DNA of 64,000 bases, from assembly GCF_009914755.1 (NCBI RefSeq), contig NC_060925.1; one strand, written 5' to 3'. Below the pieces are notes generated by a model. It was not told where the DNA came from and did no database searches. It was given only the letters and a program-made list of their open reading frames with translations. This document shows positions 1 through 14,488 of this stretch, one piece after another. This stretch comes from the human T2T-CHM13v2.0 reference genome, Homo sapiens. The position numbers and the translations under genes are program-made. Each line of letters starts with the position of its first letter. The first letter of the stretch is position 1.

Positions 1-319
1 GATCTGAGAGAGTGAGCAAAAGGGAAGCCTCAATGCCTTTATGGCCTCATCTCAGAAGTCAAACAGTCTCTTCCACTATGTTCTATTTGTTGAAAGTGAG
101 TTGCTAATTTCAAGCCATATTCAAGTGAAGAAAAATTTAGCTTCACCTCTTAAAGGAAGGAGAATTAAAGAATTTGTAGACATATTTTAAAAGCAGCACA
201 CCAGCTAATGTGAAGAAAGTGGTCTCAGCAGGAGAAATATGTGCAATAGCCATTACCAGGCAGAGAGGTTCTGTGTAAGAGGAAGCATGATGCACTGAGA
301 AGATCCTGGATGAAGAATT

Positions 320-520
320 AGACATTCCAGGACTCACATCTCAAACCCATCACTTAACAGCTGCATGAATTCAAAGATGTTTACCTTCTCTGGGCTTCAG
401 TTTTCCCTTGTTTAAGATGGAGATAATGTTACTCATTTTGCTGAAATACTACGAGAAATAGAGAAAGTCCGTGTCAATCTCTCTGGGCACACAATAAATA
501 CTCAAGAAATGGTAGGTCTT
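320..520 (+). mobile_element. MIR fragment
   Basis: ttctctgggcttcagttttccc...taagatggagataat core and ..cacaataaatactcaa tail. Confidence 0.55.
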
Positions 521-712
521 ATTAAATTGCGCCATGACACCTCTGTGAATCCTTAATTCTTGAAGAATTATAAATGGGTATACTGTACAATGTAGGAAAA
601 TGGATAAACCACTAAAGAGTATTACCTAAGATATGCCACATAAATGGCAGTAGATGTTTATCTAATATAGTAATTTTGGTTTGATACTCAGCTTATCCAT
701 CTGGGATATTTA

Positions 713-743
<31 letters not shown>
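713..743. repeat. (TG)n microsatellite
   Basis: Direct reading. Confidence 0.95.
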
Positions 744-800
744 ACACTGTGCCCCTAGTTCTCCAATAACATTTAAACGGCTTACAAAAATACCAATTGC

Positions 801-1095
801 AGCCAGTCATGGTGGCTCACACCTATAATCCCAGCACTTTGAGAGGCTGAGGCGGGAGGATTGCTTGCGTCCAGGAATTTGAGACCAACCTGGACAATGT
901 AGGGAGCGCTCATCTCCACAAAAAATACAAAAATCAGCTGGGCATGGTGCAAGTACCTGTAGCTCCAGCTACATGGAAGGCTGAAGTAGAAGGATCACCT
1001 GAGCCCAGATTGAGGCTATAGTGAGCTATGATTGCATCACTGCACTCCACCCTGGACAACAGAGCAAGACCCTGTGTCCAAAAAAAAAAAAAAAA
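801..1095 (+). mobile_element. Alu (J-like, diverged)
   Basis: Dimeric Alu with poly(A) tail; TSD-like aaaaa(t/c)accaat on both sides. Confidence 0.9.
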
Positions 1096-1106
1096 CACCA
1101 ATCTCA

Positions 1107-1225
1107 GCTGGGTGTTGTAGTGTGTGCCTGTAGTCTCAGCTACTCAGGAGGCTGAAGCAAGTGGATCCCTTGAACCCAGGAACTCAAGCCCAGCCTGGGC
1201 AATATTGCAAGACTCCATATCTATT
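1107..1225 (+). mobile_element. Alu monomer (FLAM-like)
   Basis: gctgggtg...tgtagtctcagctactcaggaggctga...cagcctgggcaa. Confidence 0.75.
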
Positions 1226-1269
1226 TTTTAACGAATTGCAGAATAAAGTCATTGGAAACAAAATGTTAT

Positions 1270-1590
1270 GGCCATGTGCAGTGGCTCACGCCTGTAATAC
1301 CAGCACTTTAAGAGGCCAAGGTGGGAGGACCACTTGAGCCCAGGAATTTGAGACCAGCTTGGACAACATAGTAAGACCCCATCTCCACAGAATTAAACAA
1401 ATAGTCAAGCGTGGTGGAGTACATCTGTAGTCCTAGTGGAAGGCTGAAGTGGGAGGATCACTTGGACCCAGGAATTCAAGCTTACCATGAGCTATGATTG
1501 TGCCACTGCACTCCAGCCTGGGTGACAGAACAAGATGTTATCTTAAAAAAAGGAAAGGAAAGGAAAGGAAAGAAAGAAAAAAAATTTTTA
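1270..1590 (+). mobile_element. Alu (J-like) with A/(GGAAA)n tail
   Basis: ggccatgtgcagtggctcacgcctgtaat...cactccagcctgggtgacag. Confidence 0.9.
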
Positions 1591-2849
1591 AAGTATGCTA
1601 TGAAAAACAAACAGAAACCCAGGAATATGCAAAGCACAAATCAGAGGAGAAAAAAGACTAAAGTGAGGAGGAAAATAAAAATAATTTGAGACAAAATTTT
1701 GGGCTCTAAGCCAAAATGAACAGAGGACCATGATCAGGGTCACAAGGAGATACTAAGTACTTTTTCTAGAGCTTGATTCTAAAGGGAATGTCTCATGAGA
1801 AAGTCACCATAAAACACACAGAAAGATGTAAAACTATCCCTAGGGGAGCTATAATCACTATATTTTTAAAGCCTATGGCATCCTATGAGCATGCAGAAGA
1901 CATGATCTCAAAGCTACCACTTGATAATGGCAATTCTGCAGGGGTCATGTCTGCTTGGCATATCTAGAAGAGTGCATGGAAGACAGCCTACATGTCTTTT
2001 GGTAATACTTACCTAGTATCCAAATTAAGATAGTAAGAACAATAGTATGCATTTTTTGAACACTTACGAGGGATCAGGCAATAAACTTGATGCTCTCCAT
2101 GCATGGTCTAATTCAATCTTGACAATATCCTGTGAGATTAATACAATAATTAACCCCACTTTCAGAGGGGGAAAGTGACACACAGAGACTCTGGATCACA
2201 CAGATTGCGAGAAGAGTCCGGATCTAAATCTGGGCAATCTAGAGTCTGTCCTCTGAAAGTTCTCACTGTGAGCCTGGAATACTGGGGACTGAGACGCAAG
2301 TGGAGGTGGGTGAGGACACCTGGAAGGCAGGGATGAGGCTCTCCAGCAGGGCCTGCTGGGCGGTGGCCTGTGTTAATTGAGGAGCCCCAGGATGACAAGC
2401 ATCAGAAACAAGAAGGGTCTCAAGAGCCAGAGGAAACTCCCATTACCTCTCATTGTTCTGTCTAAAACTATAGTGTTGCCCTAGTTCTGCTAGCTCTGGG
2501 GCTCACACAAAAGACTACAAAGGCATCTCAGTGGCCTGGGAGCCAAGGATGTGGTTCTTAGATGGACACTCCCCAAAAAGAAGTCCATAGCCAAATAAGA
2601 TCAGAAAGGCCACCAAGATCTATTAGCATAATAAAGGCCCTGGGACATTCTGTAGTCAAGAAATCTATTTAACATCCTTTCATCTGGCATTGCCCAAACT
2701 TTGTATTGTTGAAGCATGTGTTCACATCCTGCAGCACTAGCAAATGCTGACCTAAAAGATCTCTAAGTTCTCTCAGTTCAAGGAGTCCATAGTTTTAGTT
2801 CTTCTTTAAAAAAAAAAAAAAGCAACAGTAAGAACAAGGAATGAAAAGG

Positions 2850-3070
2850 CAGAACGCCTAAGCTCAATTTCAATCTCTGCCCCTGGTTAGCTGGAAAACC
2901 TGAGTTAAAAAAACATCATTTACTCTCTCAGAGCCTTGGTCTTCTTATCTGTAAAATGGAGATAATGATGGTGTCTCTATCATTATGCTGTTTTGAGAAT
3001 CAAATTAGGTAATATATGCACTCTGAAACAATGTATAAATTATAACTTGGCATATGAGTCAGCTATTACT
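2850..3070 (+). mobile_element. MIR
   Basis: ctctcagagccttggtcttcttatctgtaaaatggagataat core. Confidence 0.6.
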
Positions 3071-3892
3071 ATTGTAAATTAAAAACACAACAAAACCAGA
3101 AGTTGAACCTGAAAAGGTTTTGATCACCTGGTTATCTGTTCGGGGCTCACCATAGCTCTGCTTGCCCTTAGACTTTGTAGTAATGACACGCATTTTCCAA
3201 ATGGAGCAAATCCCTTGAATTCTCTTTCCCATCCTTCAGATTGATACTTTCAATGTCACTTCAATTTAGTATTTGGGTCGGGAAGAGAAATAAATTAAAA
3301 CCAAACAAATGGTTTGTTCTTCTACACAGCAAACCTCTGGTTGAATGAGTTTGAAGGTTTTCATTCAGTGCCAAAAGCTGGTGGTCAAATTAAAAACAGC
3401 ACAAGACAAAAGGAGACTACTAAGAGAGGAGAAATTCATTGGAGAAAGCCGAATTCCAGTACAGCAAATCCCATACAGACAGTCCTAAGACACAACTCTT
3501 TAGGGACTAGAAAACATACCAATCCCTCCAGAACAGCTCTCTTTCTGGATAGAATGCTTCTTTTTTACTTCTGAGTCTGGTAGCTGGTGAGATAAAGTGA
3601 TTCTGGCCCAGACAACACCTTCCTGTCTTCTGCGCATAATAAATAATATAAGTTCATGTCATGAGAAAAGATCACTCCCCAAATTCTTCCACCCCATTTG
3701 CTTATTTTCCTCTTTGGACTTTACCCAAGCCATGACTCTCCCACTCAGCCAGTTCAAAGAAACCTTTCATTTGAAAGGTTTCTAATTTGAAAGATTTCTA
3801 ATTTTGAAAGAATTAGTGTTTCTAATTTTGAAAGAATCGTATCTTTCATGATACAGTGAAGCTAAAGGTCCAATATGGAGTCTGCATGATGA

Positions 3893-4208
<316 letters not shown>

Positions 4209-4904
4209 TAATGATTGTTTTACTCTGTAAGAATATTTCTGATTCTGGCTGGATCACTGACTTAACATTGAAGGAAGTTATTGGACTCATTCTCAGTAGT
4301 AACTGGGATTCCTCAGAAGAAGAGTTAGAATTGTTGAGAAATGAAATAGTTCTTCCCAGGGCAAGTTATAGCCCCAAAGATACAAAATGATGGTGCCATG
4401 AGTTGGAAACTATGGTTTCCTGCATTTTTATCTATGGTGTGCAATCAAAAGTCCAGGTTCTGCATTTCTAAAATGTCCTGGTTAATGACATTTCACTCAC
4501 AACTTTTTTTTCCCTTTTGATTTATGGAAAATGTGAAGCATTCGCACAGGGAAGAAAATACAGCCTCTTTTCATTTTGCTTAAACCCAGGAAGGCTTTAT
4601 TCAGTAGCACCTGTTTGGGTGGACTTCAACAAGCTTCTCCAAAATAGAAACGTTCCATTAGTAAACTGTTTAGGAAATAGACCGTGCTCAGAAATGAGCC
4701 TGCTGAAAGAGCTGCAAAGTTATTCTGCCGTTTCATCCTTGCTTATTTTCCCCCCATGGAGTTTCATGTCTTATTTTTAAACTATGTTTCACTTTAAGTG
4801 ACAAAGCAGCCCTTTGGAAATTATATATAAAGTCTATTATTTTAATTTGTTTATTAAAAATTATTTTGTCTCTTAATTAGTGTTAGATCCAAAAGAGTGC
4901 TGCT

Positions 4905-5230
4905 ATGTTTATTTACATATGTATAGACATATGTACATATATGTTATGTATATTTCTTGCTATGCATGTAATATATAAGCATTGTACATTATATATTATA
5001 TAACTCAGATAATATATAATATTTATATATAAATGTTTATATGCTATGTATATTTACATATATACACACATGTATATATGTGGATATATAAATAAAGCAC
5101 TAAGCATGGAACATATACATAAAGCACTAAGCATGATATATATATATGCTTATATATAATATATATAATATATGTATTATATTATATATAATTCCAGATA
5201 TATAATGTATGCTTAATCCTTTATGTATAT
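4905..5230. repeat. AT-rich (TA)n-like low-complexity tract containing two copies of ATAAAGCACTAAGCATG (5092-5108, 5119-5135)
   Basis: Direct reading. Confidence 0.85.
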
Positions 5231-5899
5231 TTTCCAGTCAGTCCTTACAATTCTGTAATGCAATTGTTAGTTCTCCATTTTTCAAGCAAAGAGCCTCATT
5301 AGAGAATTTGCTTCTCTAGCCCAAGGATGTGCAGTCATAACAAACTTGGTATTTCACCTCAGTGCTGATTCTAGAGCCTGTGTTTTCCCTCCTGTCCATC
5401 ATTCTGATTTTCTCACAGCTAACAATATAGGAGCATCAGATATTCCTGTATTGGATGGAACAGAAAGGAAGCTAAGAGCTCATCCACTTCACCTTCATTT
5501 TATGGGAGGAATGGGAGCCCAGAGAATTGAAATGACTTGCTCAAATGTACGTAATTAACTGACAAGAGCCGTCACTTCTCAGCATCTCCTTTTACTCCAG
5601 AATTCTACTCACATAGTAGAATCTCACTCAATGTGAGAGTTTATTGGAATTTACTCCCCCAAATGAAACTAGATTTATTTTATTTTCTTTATATGTAAAG
5701 GAATTCATGATTTAAAAAACAGCATTCACTCTGTCCACATAAAATCGTGAATATGCACAAAGGGATGTATGAAAGATGAACTCTAAAATACTCATGGTAG
5801 TTATCTCCAGGTAGTGGGATTTCAGATTATCTGTCTCTTTCTCTATACTTTTTTGTGTTTGAACGTATATATATATATATAATTAGAACATGCAATAAG

Positions 5900-7100
5900 G
5901 TCAGATGCTCAGTTAATAACCCCTTGTGTAGTTTTTCTAACATTCTCATGTTCATGTAACAATATAAAAACATGTATACATGTATTTAAGGGTTGTCAAT
6001 ATTTGTTTTACAAAAATGTTTTTTCCCTATACATTCTCTGAAGTTTGTTCTATCACTTAAAAACGTTTTGTGAAAATCTCTCCAAATCAATTGGTAAAGC
6101 TCTATTTAAATAGTGCCCAACATTACATGGTTAAGAATATGCCATGATTTTACCCATTCCCCTTTCAATGAATTCTCAGTTTGTTTCTTGATGTTTGCCA
6201 CCACAAGCAATGCTGCAGTGAATATCCTTATACTGGTGGCTTTATTTCTATAGAACAGACTTCCAGTAGTTGAACTGGTAGTAAAGTCCTCCTTTGCTAC
6301 TCTCTCCTCATTATTTTATGTGTATTCTTGGACATACATAGTCTTCCACATGAATCTTAAAAAATTCTGTATCTAATTAAATAAAAACCTTACTTAAATT
6401 CCACTTAAATTAAAATTCCATTAATTATACATGTTACTATTGAGGAAAATGACATTTTTATGGTGTGAAGTTTTCCTTTCCATACTATATATTTTGATTA
6501 CTTTTCTGATCTTGCTTTAGATCATTTGATAAAATATTATAGCTAACTTCATATGGCTCCTGTGCCTTTCAGGTCTATATTTATATCCTGTAAAATTTTC
6601 ATATTAATTCTAATATTATGATATTTCTTGAATTTTCTAGGTATAAAATTACATTACTAAAGTATGATCTTTCATCTCTTCTTTTTCCATATTTATGCAA
6701 AATATTTCAATTTTTGCCTTCTTGCATTTACTAGAATTAACTAATGTTGAATTTTGGGGATAATGAGCATGTCTTTTCTGTTCTTGATTTTAATGAAAAT
6801 GGTATTCTCATTTCATTATTTATGATGATGTTTGCTATTGATATTTGTTCATCATTATCATATTTTCATACTTTTCTATTTATAACTTTACTTAGTTTTT
6901 TGACTAATAATGTGCTTTAATATACTGATATAATGAATTTCATTAATATATTTATTAATATTGAACCATTCTTATATTCTTGTATTTTTATAATAAGCCC
7001 TCCTTGGTCAAATATTATTACTATTATGATACATTGTTCTCTTTGCTCATTCTTTCTTAAACATTTTTGCAATAATATGTATTAGTATGCTTGCATGATA
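5900..7100 (-). mobile_element. Ancient L1 (L1M/L1ME-like) fragment
   Basis: T-rich + strand with L1 antisense motifs (ttgccaccacaagcaatgctgcagtgaatatcctt; ttgaaccattctt...ccttggtca). Confidence 0.55.
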
Positions 7101-9277
7101 GTTTTCTTCTGTTTTAAACCTTTTAAAGCTTTCCCACTCAAGTTATTCTCAATTTATTCATAGGGAATTTTTTTCTTATTTTCACAGTTATGTGTATCTC
7201 TTATGGAATCCTGTAGCTAGAATTTTCTTCCTAATTTGTTTTTTAACTAATTTTTAACTAATTTAAAAGCTGAAGAAAACAATGATTTTAAAATGCAAGC
7301 CACTGTTTCCTGAAAAGACTGAAACTCAAATTCACTTTTGGTAGACTGTCCTTTTATTCTGGGAAAACCATATGAAGAAACCGTGTGGTTTCATAAAGTT
7401 TATTCAGAAAAAACCTAGTAAAATCATCCCTCTCCCAAAAGAAATATTTTTGCCTCAGAAGCTGAGTGTTCTGCAGGGTGATGCTAACATGTGTCTGCTT
7501 GTGCCAGAGCTCAGATTTCTGTAGACTGGGTTATGTTTTCTTCTGACTGGAGATTTCATGTTTGTTTTATGGTGAGGAGGGAGGGAAAGAGAAAAATAGG
7601 AGAAATGTTTTCCTTTTCTGAATGATTTAGAATGCACCCTATATCAAACGCATGAGGATTTTTAAAGCATAATTTGCAAGATGTAGAGAGCTGGAAAGAA
7701 GTGCTACAGGACCAAATCCCATGTATGACACAGTAAGAAAGAAATGGACTGGCCTAGGGCAGCTCTGCCTAAACCATTTTGTAAGATTAAGCCACCCAGA
7801 ATCTGCTGAAGAGAAACCAGCTTGAGGTGGCTGTCCCACCCACTCCCCACCTGTGTGTGTAAAATGGCATTCCCCAAGAAAGAGGCAGTCATTCCCCCTT
7901 TGAAAAAATGCTGAGAAAGGGTAGATCCTAACACAAGAAATGGAGCCTGGGAAGCCAGGCCCTGAGTTGGGCTGAGGCAGAGAGCATTTTCTTCTCTCCT
8001 GACCTTGGGCAGTTGGGTCTGGACAGGAAGTCATGATGCAGGGGTGGGCAGGCCCAGCCAGTGGAGCCTGGCCCCAAAACCCTCTGCAGAGGCCAAGGAT
8101 AGGCCCACCTGGACCTGTGAGCCCTGACAGTGGCCACCTCTAACATTAATTATGACCTATTCTCTACTGTGTCCTACTTCCTTTTTGATGTCCCCAGCCC
8201 TTCAGAAAATTCCTCTAAAGAGCACCAATACTGAGGGTAGTGAAGGAGGCTGCTCCCTCACTGTGGAGGAAGAAGAAAGCTGTGTCTTCTCTGCCACGCC
8301 ACCTCCCCAAAAGCAGATCACTGTGGGAGTGTAGTTAGTCCCCCGCCTCTATCCCTCCAGGGTCTGCCTCAGTTGCAGGCAGTCTCCTTGCCCCTGACAT
8401 TCCCTTCCTGGGCAGCTCTCATATGGAGACTGAGCAAAGCAGCTTATTAAAATCCTGGCCCAGGTGGCACAGAACATTTGAAGGGCAATGGTCTCTCCGG
8501 AGATTCTTCACCTGGTTGCCGGAAGCTTTATTGGGTCTGCATTGAAGCTGTCTTCCCAGGCCCTATTCTCTTTCTTTTCTTCCTTTCCAAGGTGTTGATC
8601 TCTAAAACACCATGAAGTCCTCTTGAAGAACGCTGTCCTTGCTTCTGCCTTTGGAAAACCCAAACTGCAAGGGCAAAGGGCACAGAAGCAGTGGTGTGCT
8701 GACAGAACAGAGAAGTGGCAGAAGAAGACTATAGCCTGCACCTGAGCTCCTGGAGGTGGGGGTGGGGAATCTCAGAAGTAATTGACAGGGTCAGATGAAG
8801 AAGACAGACCAGTGATCTGTGAACCCTTGTAGCGCACGGACCCTCTGACTCTGATCCTTGCCACCTGCCTTCTATGGCAAAAGAGACTGCTGTGTTTGTT
8901 CATCGATCAAACTCCTTCCCACAAGTTTCTCTTGGCCAAGAATGTCTCTTCAGCCCTGAGTTTCCCATTTACTAATAGGTCTTTGTCACTCCAAGTGACA
9001 AGGCTTCCCATCTCCTGCAGTCTTATCCTCTAATCCAGTTATTTCTGTTTTTGGAGCATAAACAATAACTCCCCAGGTTTACCCTTTTAGCTTCCCCAAA
9101 GCTTATGCTTCCCTATTCTTTCCTCCAGTTAGAGCAAGAGCAATCAGACCAAGATTTCAGCTCATGTTTATCACACACCATCTCAACAAAATCTACTAAT
9201 GCTTTACAAGCCCTCACAAGCATTTCCTGCAGGCTCCACCACTTTGAGAAAAAGCAAAGCTTTTGAATTATCCCTGC

Positions 9278-9499
9278 TAGTGGTGTGCTGGTAAAATCAG
9301 CTCTCTGAAAAGTACATACATACATAGAGAACAATATAGCATTTGCTGATTTCCAATTTTGGTGGTGTAAATGCTCATACCATAACAGATTTCAAGCTAC
9401 CAGTGAAATTTCACAGGCTTTTACAACCAGCTTGTAAAGTTCCTGAGTATTTAACATTGGCTTTTGATATCCTGTAGGAGCTGGCTTCAGCAGCCACTG
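9278..9499 (-). mobile_element. MER63-like hAT MITE
   Basis: Terminal inverted repeats agtggtgtgctgg ... ttcagcagccactg; internal gatttcaagctacca motif. Confidence 0.65.
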
Positions 9500-10054
9500 G
9501 CAGGGCTATCCTCCAATTCTCCAGGTCACCCCCAACCAGCACCCATCTTATTCTCTTAGCAATGTCCTTGACTAACATAATTTTGTCATGACAGCATTCA
9601 CCATGGCCCACACTGTCTTAGAGACACATTGCCTATCTGATCTCATTTAATCCTCACAAAATCAACCATCTTTATCTCCATTTCACATATCATGGTTACT
9701 ACTGGAGGCTTATCACCTTTCATCAGACCTGCACTACACATAAAACATAACACACTGCATTGTTGGGCAAAGCAGTGCAGCCCTCTTACAAGTATTTTTT
9801 TAACACAATAAAGTTCTTTCAAGTGTAAATTTATTTTTCCATGACAAAAATAATGAACCACTTTGCAAAGAAAATTGGAAGGCAACCATTAATTCTTAAA
9901 TGTGTTAAGATTATTTGATGTCATGGTAAAATGTTTATGAAATATTACATTTTAAAAGTGTAGTATAGTAACCTACAATGTGATACCAATTCTGTAAAAC
10001 AGTAAATGTATTAATGAAACACTCTAAGTAAAGGAAAAGTGAGTAGTTATCGCT

Positions 10055-10270
10055 CTTTTTTAGTATGTTTTAATTGATATATCATGGTTATATATATTTT
10101 TGGGGTACATGTGATATTTTGATACATGTATACAACATGTAATGATCAAGTCAGGGTAATTGGGATGTCTGTCACCTCAAACATTTATCTTTTTTTGTGT
10201 CATGAACATTATAATTCTTTCCTTGTAGTTGTTTTAAAATATACAATAAATTATTATTCATTATAATTTT
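10055..10270 (-). mobile_element. L1MA-type 3' end
   Basis: ggggtacatgtgatattttgatacatgtatacaa...aatgatcaagtcagggtaattgg. Confidence 0.75.
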
Positions 10271-10274
10271 TTAA

Positions 10275-10446
<172 letters not shown>

Positions 10447-11169
10447 TAGTTATCTGTAACAGTGAGAAGCAAAGGTTTTCCTCATTTCCTCTTTTACAGT
10501 TTCTGTATTTTCCATAATTGATACATCATCACATATTACAATTATGATGAGAAAACATGATACATATTTTTATTTGGAAAATACATAAATAAAAACAAAA
10601 TCTATGACCTCACCGTTCAGACTCAACATCTCTTCCATTTTGATGTCATGCGATGTTTCTGACGGAGGTTTAATTGAAATGAAACAGCATCAATAAGCAT
10701 GGGCTCCACAGTCTTCCCACATCGCTCTGAGTGCCCGGGGAGGGACTGGGGACTCCCCCCACACATTAACCCACGAGGACCTCTCACATGGACCTTTTTA
10801 CATTCTCTCTAATCTTTCCCAAAGCCTTGCAAGGTGGGAGTAATATTATTATTCCCATTTCAGAGATGACAAAACTAAGAAACTCGTCCTCTGTGAGTTT
10901 CTGTGCTATTAGGCTGTGTCTCATGTCCCCGTACAAAGTATCTTTGTATGGGAGGCCTAATGGTTAAGAGCATGGACTTCTGTCCGACAGAATTCATTAA
11001 GTTCCAGGCCAGACACACTGCCGCTCTCTGGGAATGTGTCCATGGGCTAGGGGTGGCACTGAGCTTCCATTCCATTTCTTATAAAATAATGACGACAAGA
11101 TCGTTTTCCTTAAAGGGTGGCTGTGAGCCTTCAATTACACAGTGATGAAAAGACCTTAGCACAGTGCTG

Positions 11170-12270
11170 GGCAACGGCTAGCTACTTCAGAGGCACAGCT
11201 GAGACTTGCACAGAGGTACCTGGCTGCAAAGTCCGGCTCCTCTACACTCTGCAGAGCTGTTTTCCCCCTTCAGAGCTCCTCTCCTCCGGGAGGGCTTGCC
11301 TCGCCCCGGTCCAGGATCTCTGCCTTCGGTTGAAGCGCAGCGCCCCCAGCCGTCCGCAGGAGGGATCGACGCCTCTGTCTCCCCGAAGTGAGGGCGCTCG
11401 CTGCGGAGCTGGGGGTGGTCTCCTCTTCCCCCCATCGCGGCCCAGCAACCTGGGGGTCCGCGTGACTTCTCCCTGGCCGGGGGATGGAGGATGCGCTCTC
11501 CTCTGTCCCTTCAAGGCCTCTTCCTCGTCCCAGGTCGAGTCTCCTCCTTGCTGACCAGGCATCGCGAGCAGATGAATCCTCTGGGCGGTTGTCCCTGTCA
11601 GGCTGTCAGGACCTGATTTTCCCTGGTAAGCCTTCGTCAGGCAGGTGGCCTCGCCCAGGCCTCGGAAAATGTCAGGGCGCAAGCTGGGCACACGGCCCTC
11701 CCGCTGGCGAGCAGGCAGCGCGCGCGTTCTTTAGGATTTGGAACAGCCCTGCCAATTAGCTTGTACTCTGCCCACATGCCCAGGACTAAAAAGGAAGCAG
11801 GCCAGGCCCGAGCAAAATTAGACAATGGGCTCCCAGAACACCAAGGGCGAAGGCGGCCCGAGCACCTGCTGTTCTCGCCCCTCAGGGCTGAAATTGGGCA
11901 TGGAGTTGGCGAGGGAGGCCTGGCAGGGAGGGAGGGGGTCTAGCTGTGCGTTTGCTACAGGGCCTTCTTCCTCCACGTTCCAGATGGGACTCAACGCGGG
12001 CTGCCCAGAGGAGGGGATGGGGAAGGGCCAAGCCCTGCGACTGGATTCTTTCCGGGCCACAGAGGGCGGGTGCTTACAGCTGGGGTCAGGCACACTTCCG
12101 TTCTGCCTGGAGGACAGGACAGGGTGGTGGCTTCTCCAGATCCAGTGCTGGCCGCTCAGAGCCCATGTGTGGAAGACAGTCTGGTGCAGGGGTTGAGGAT
12201 GAAGACTTTTGGAGAGAGGCGCATGCGGGTTCTTGTCCCACGTTCCTTATTGACCCACTCTGCAACCTCG
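11170..12270. promoter_or_regulatory. Orphan CpG-rich island (putative promoter/enhancer)
   Basis: Abrupt rise in GC and CpG content versus AT-rich flanks, with no recognisable repeat; GCGCATGCG (NRF1-like) at 12219-12227; strong + strand donor CTG|GTAAGC at 11625/11626. Confidence 0.65.
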
Positions 12271-14174
12271 GTTACTTGAGAAAAGTTAAGATTCCTTTCT
12301 CCAAAAAGCAGAGACAATACAAATTTCTAACTTGTAAGGTACCCTGTGAGAATAAGAGGAAATGAAATGTGGAATCCATATAGTATCTGCTTATAGAGTT
12401 ACTGAGTTCTATTTTGGGATGAAGAAAAATGTAAACCTTACAACGGGAATATTTTTATCTTTGAGGTTCACTAAAGCACCAGAAGGTATGAAGGCGGAGA
12501 GAGGAAACAGGGCAATGGAATGAACACTTCTCAAGAATCTCTCAGGTGCCACGGACTGAGCCAGGTGCCTTCCATGTGTTATCTCATTTTACAGGGCAGG
12601 TAACATTTCTGAAAGGTCAGGCAGCTAAAAAGCAGACAGCTTTCTGGCACATTAGAGAAACAAAAGAAATGTTGGAGACTGGAATGCCTGCTGTGTCAAG
12701 GCACCTAATTAGAAAACAACGTCAGAGTGAATTTGTCGTGCGAGTCTCCAGCTCTGCCAGAAGAACTAAAAGAAATGTGTCACCAGAGGAATCACAAAGT
12801 AAAGTCTATTATTGTTCTGGGGATTCTGGGGATTCGATGCACAAATCAGAGGTCTGACAGGGGATGGGGCATGTGTTACGTCTTAGTAATGTGCTAAATG
12901 GTAGTGCTTCCAGATTCCCCACAGAATCCTACTGCAGTCAGAGATCTTGATGTCGGTTGAACTTATCTATTTATAACGAGGAAACATTAAGGTAACTCAA
13001 ACCAACAAAATAAAACAGGTTGACAGTGACTAAGCAACAACAGAGTGCTAGATTTATGTAGAGATTCTTTCTTTCAAGTTGCTGAGACATTTCACAAAGG
13101 AGAACCGTAGATTATCATCAACTTCCATTTGGGGACTTAGAAATCCACCAAAGACAAAGACAATGTTGGTATCATTCCTTCCAGCTCTTGGCTGAAACTG
13201 TTCTTTCCTATGTCACCAGTGAACTTCTACTGGCCAACGCCCAAAGAATACTTTCTCAGTTTTAGTTTAGAGACCTCTCTATTCCACTTGCATGGTTAGA
13301 CACTAACTGCTGGAAACTTCCAATCTGAAACACTCCCTGGGAAATGTCTTATTTGCAAATTTTACAGCTAAAATCCCTCCTCCATAGACAATCTATTAAT
13401 AAACAGTACCTGCAAATGGGGGACTCTCTGGGGGAAATTTTTTCACTGCAATTGGTGTCAGCATTATATTATAATTAATCCATCTTTATCTAAGATAAAG
13501 TTGTAGGTTCAGATAAATAATGTCCCTCTCCCTTTAACACTTGTTATACTTGTGCTAGGCCTATTTGTGGCCACACCTGGGATTGAGTGGTTGAGATGAG
13601 ATGCAAAAGAGATTATCTAAACTTCTGGGTGATTTTTTGCTGAATGAATGTCTTTTAAAGCACCATTTCTGATCCCATTTGGCTTCTCTCTAGCCTCTAT
13701 CGATTAATTGTTGATTTAAATTGGAAGAGAGGCTATATGGAGTCTAGAACTTTACTTAGTTCATTGTTATTTCCCCAGGACCTCGAAAAGTGCCTGGGAT
13801 ATAACTCACAAATATGTGTCGAATGAATGAGTAGTTCTATCTGTTTCATGTCTGGGTCAATGTAGGCTGTATCCACATGTTCCTGGTAGGGGAAGTAATA
13901 GTAACAAAGATTTTGGCTAAGCTTCAGAGGCCATGAATTAATAGATTTTGGAAGAGGTCACTTTAGGATTTATCAGCTTCAAATCTTATATAAACTTCTT
14001 ACTGGATCCAAAAGACTCCACTATTTATGGGAGACTCATGGTTTGGCCATTACAATGGTGAATGAGGTAAGGTTTTGGGACATACGTAACCAGGCCTGAA
14101 TTGGTTGAATATGAACTTGAAAGTTCAAATTCAGACTAACATCTTTCTTTTGTCAGCTCTTCAATCTCAGCACT

Positions 14175-14444
14175 TGTCAACTTAAATAACAAACAGAAGA
14201 GGGGCTCTCTAAAATAAAAATGATATGTACTCAGGAGTAAGGCATTGCAATGGAAATATGTGTGCCATAGTAAACTATGTGCATACTAAGAGAGGTAAAG
14301 AAAGACAAAAATTTTTAAAGGAAAAATGAGATGGATTACATAATTGTTTGGAGATAATTATCCTTGCTACAAAGATCAATAGAAAGGGTGATGCCAGTAC
14401 AAGGTTGGACAAGCAATTACTGGGCAGATGTCTTTACAGAAGTA

Positions 14445-14488
<44 letters not shown>

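Noticed and set aside
11117-12365. Overlapping 120-150 aa ORFs on both strands
   Set aside because: Expected from stop-codon scarcity in GC-rich DNA; P/G/R/S-rich with no recognisable domain, and several use non-ATG starts.
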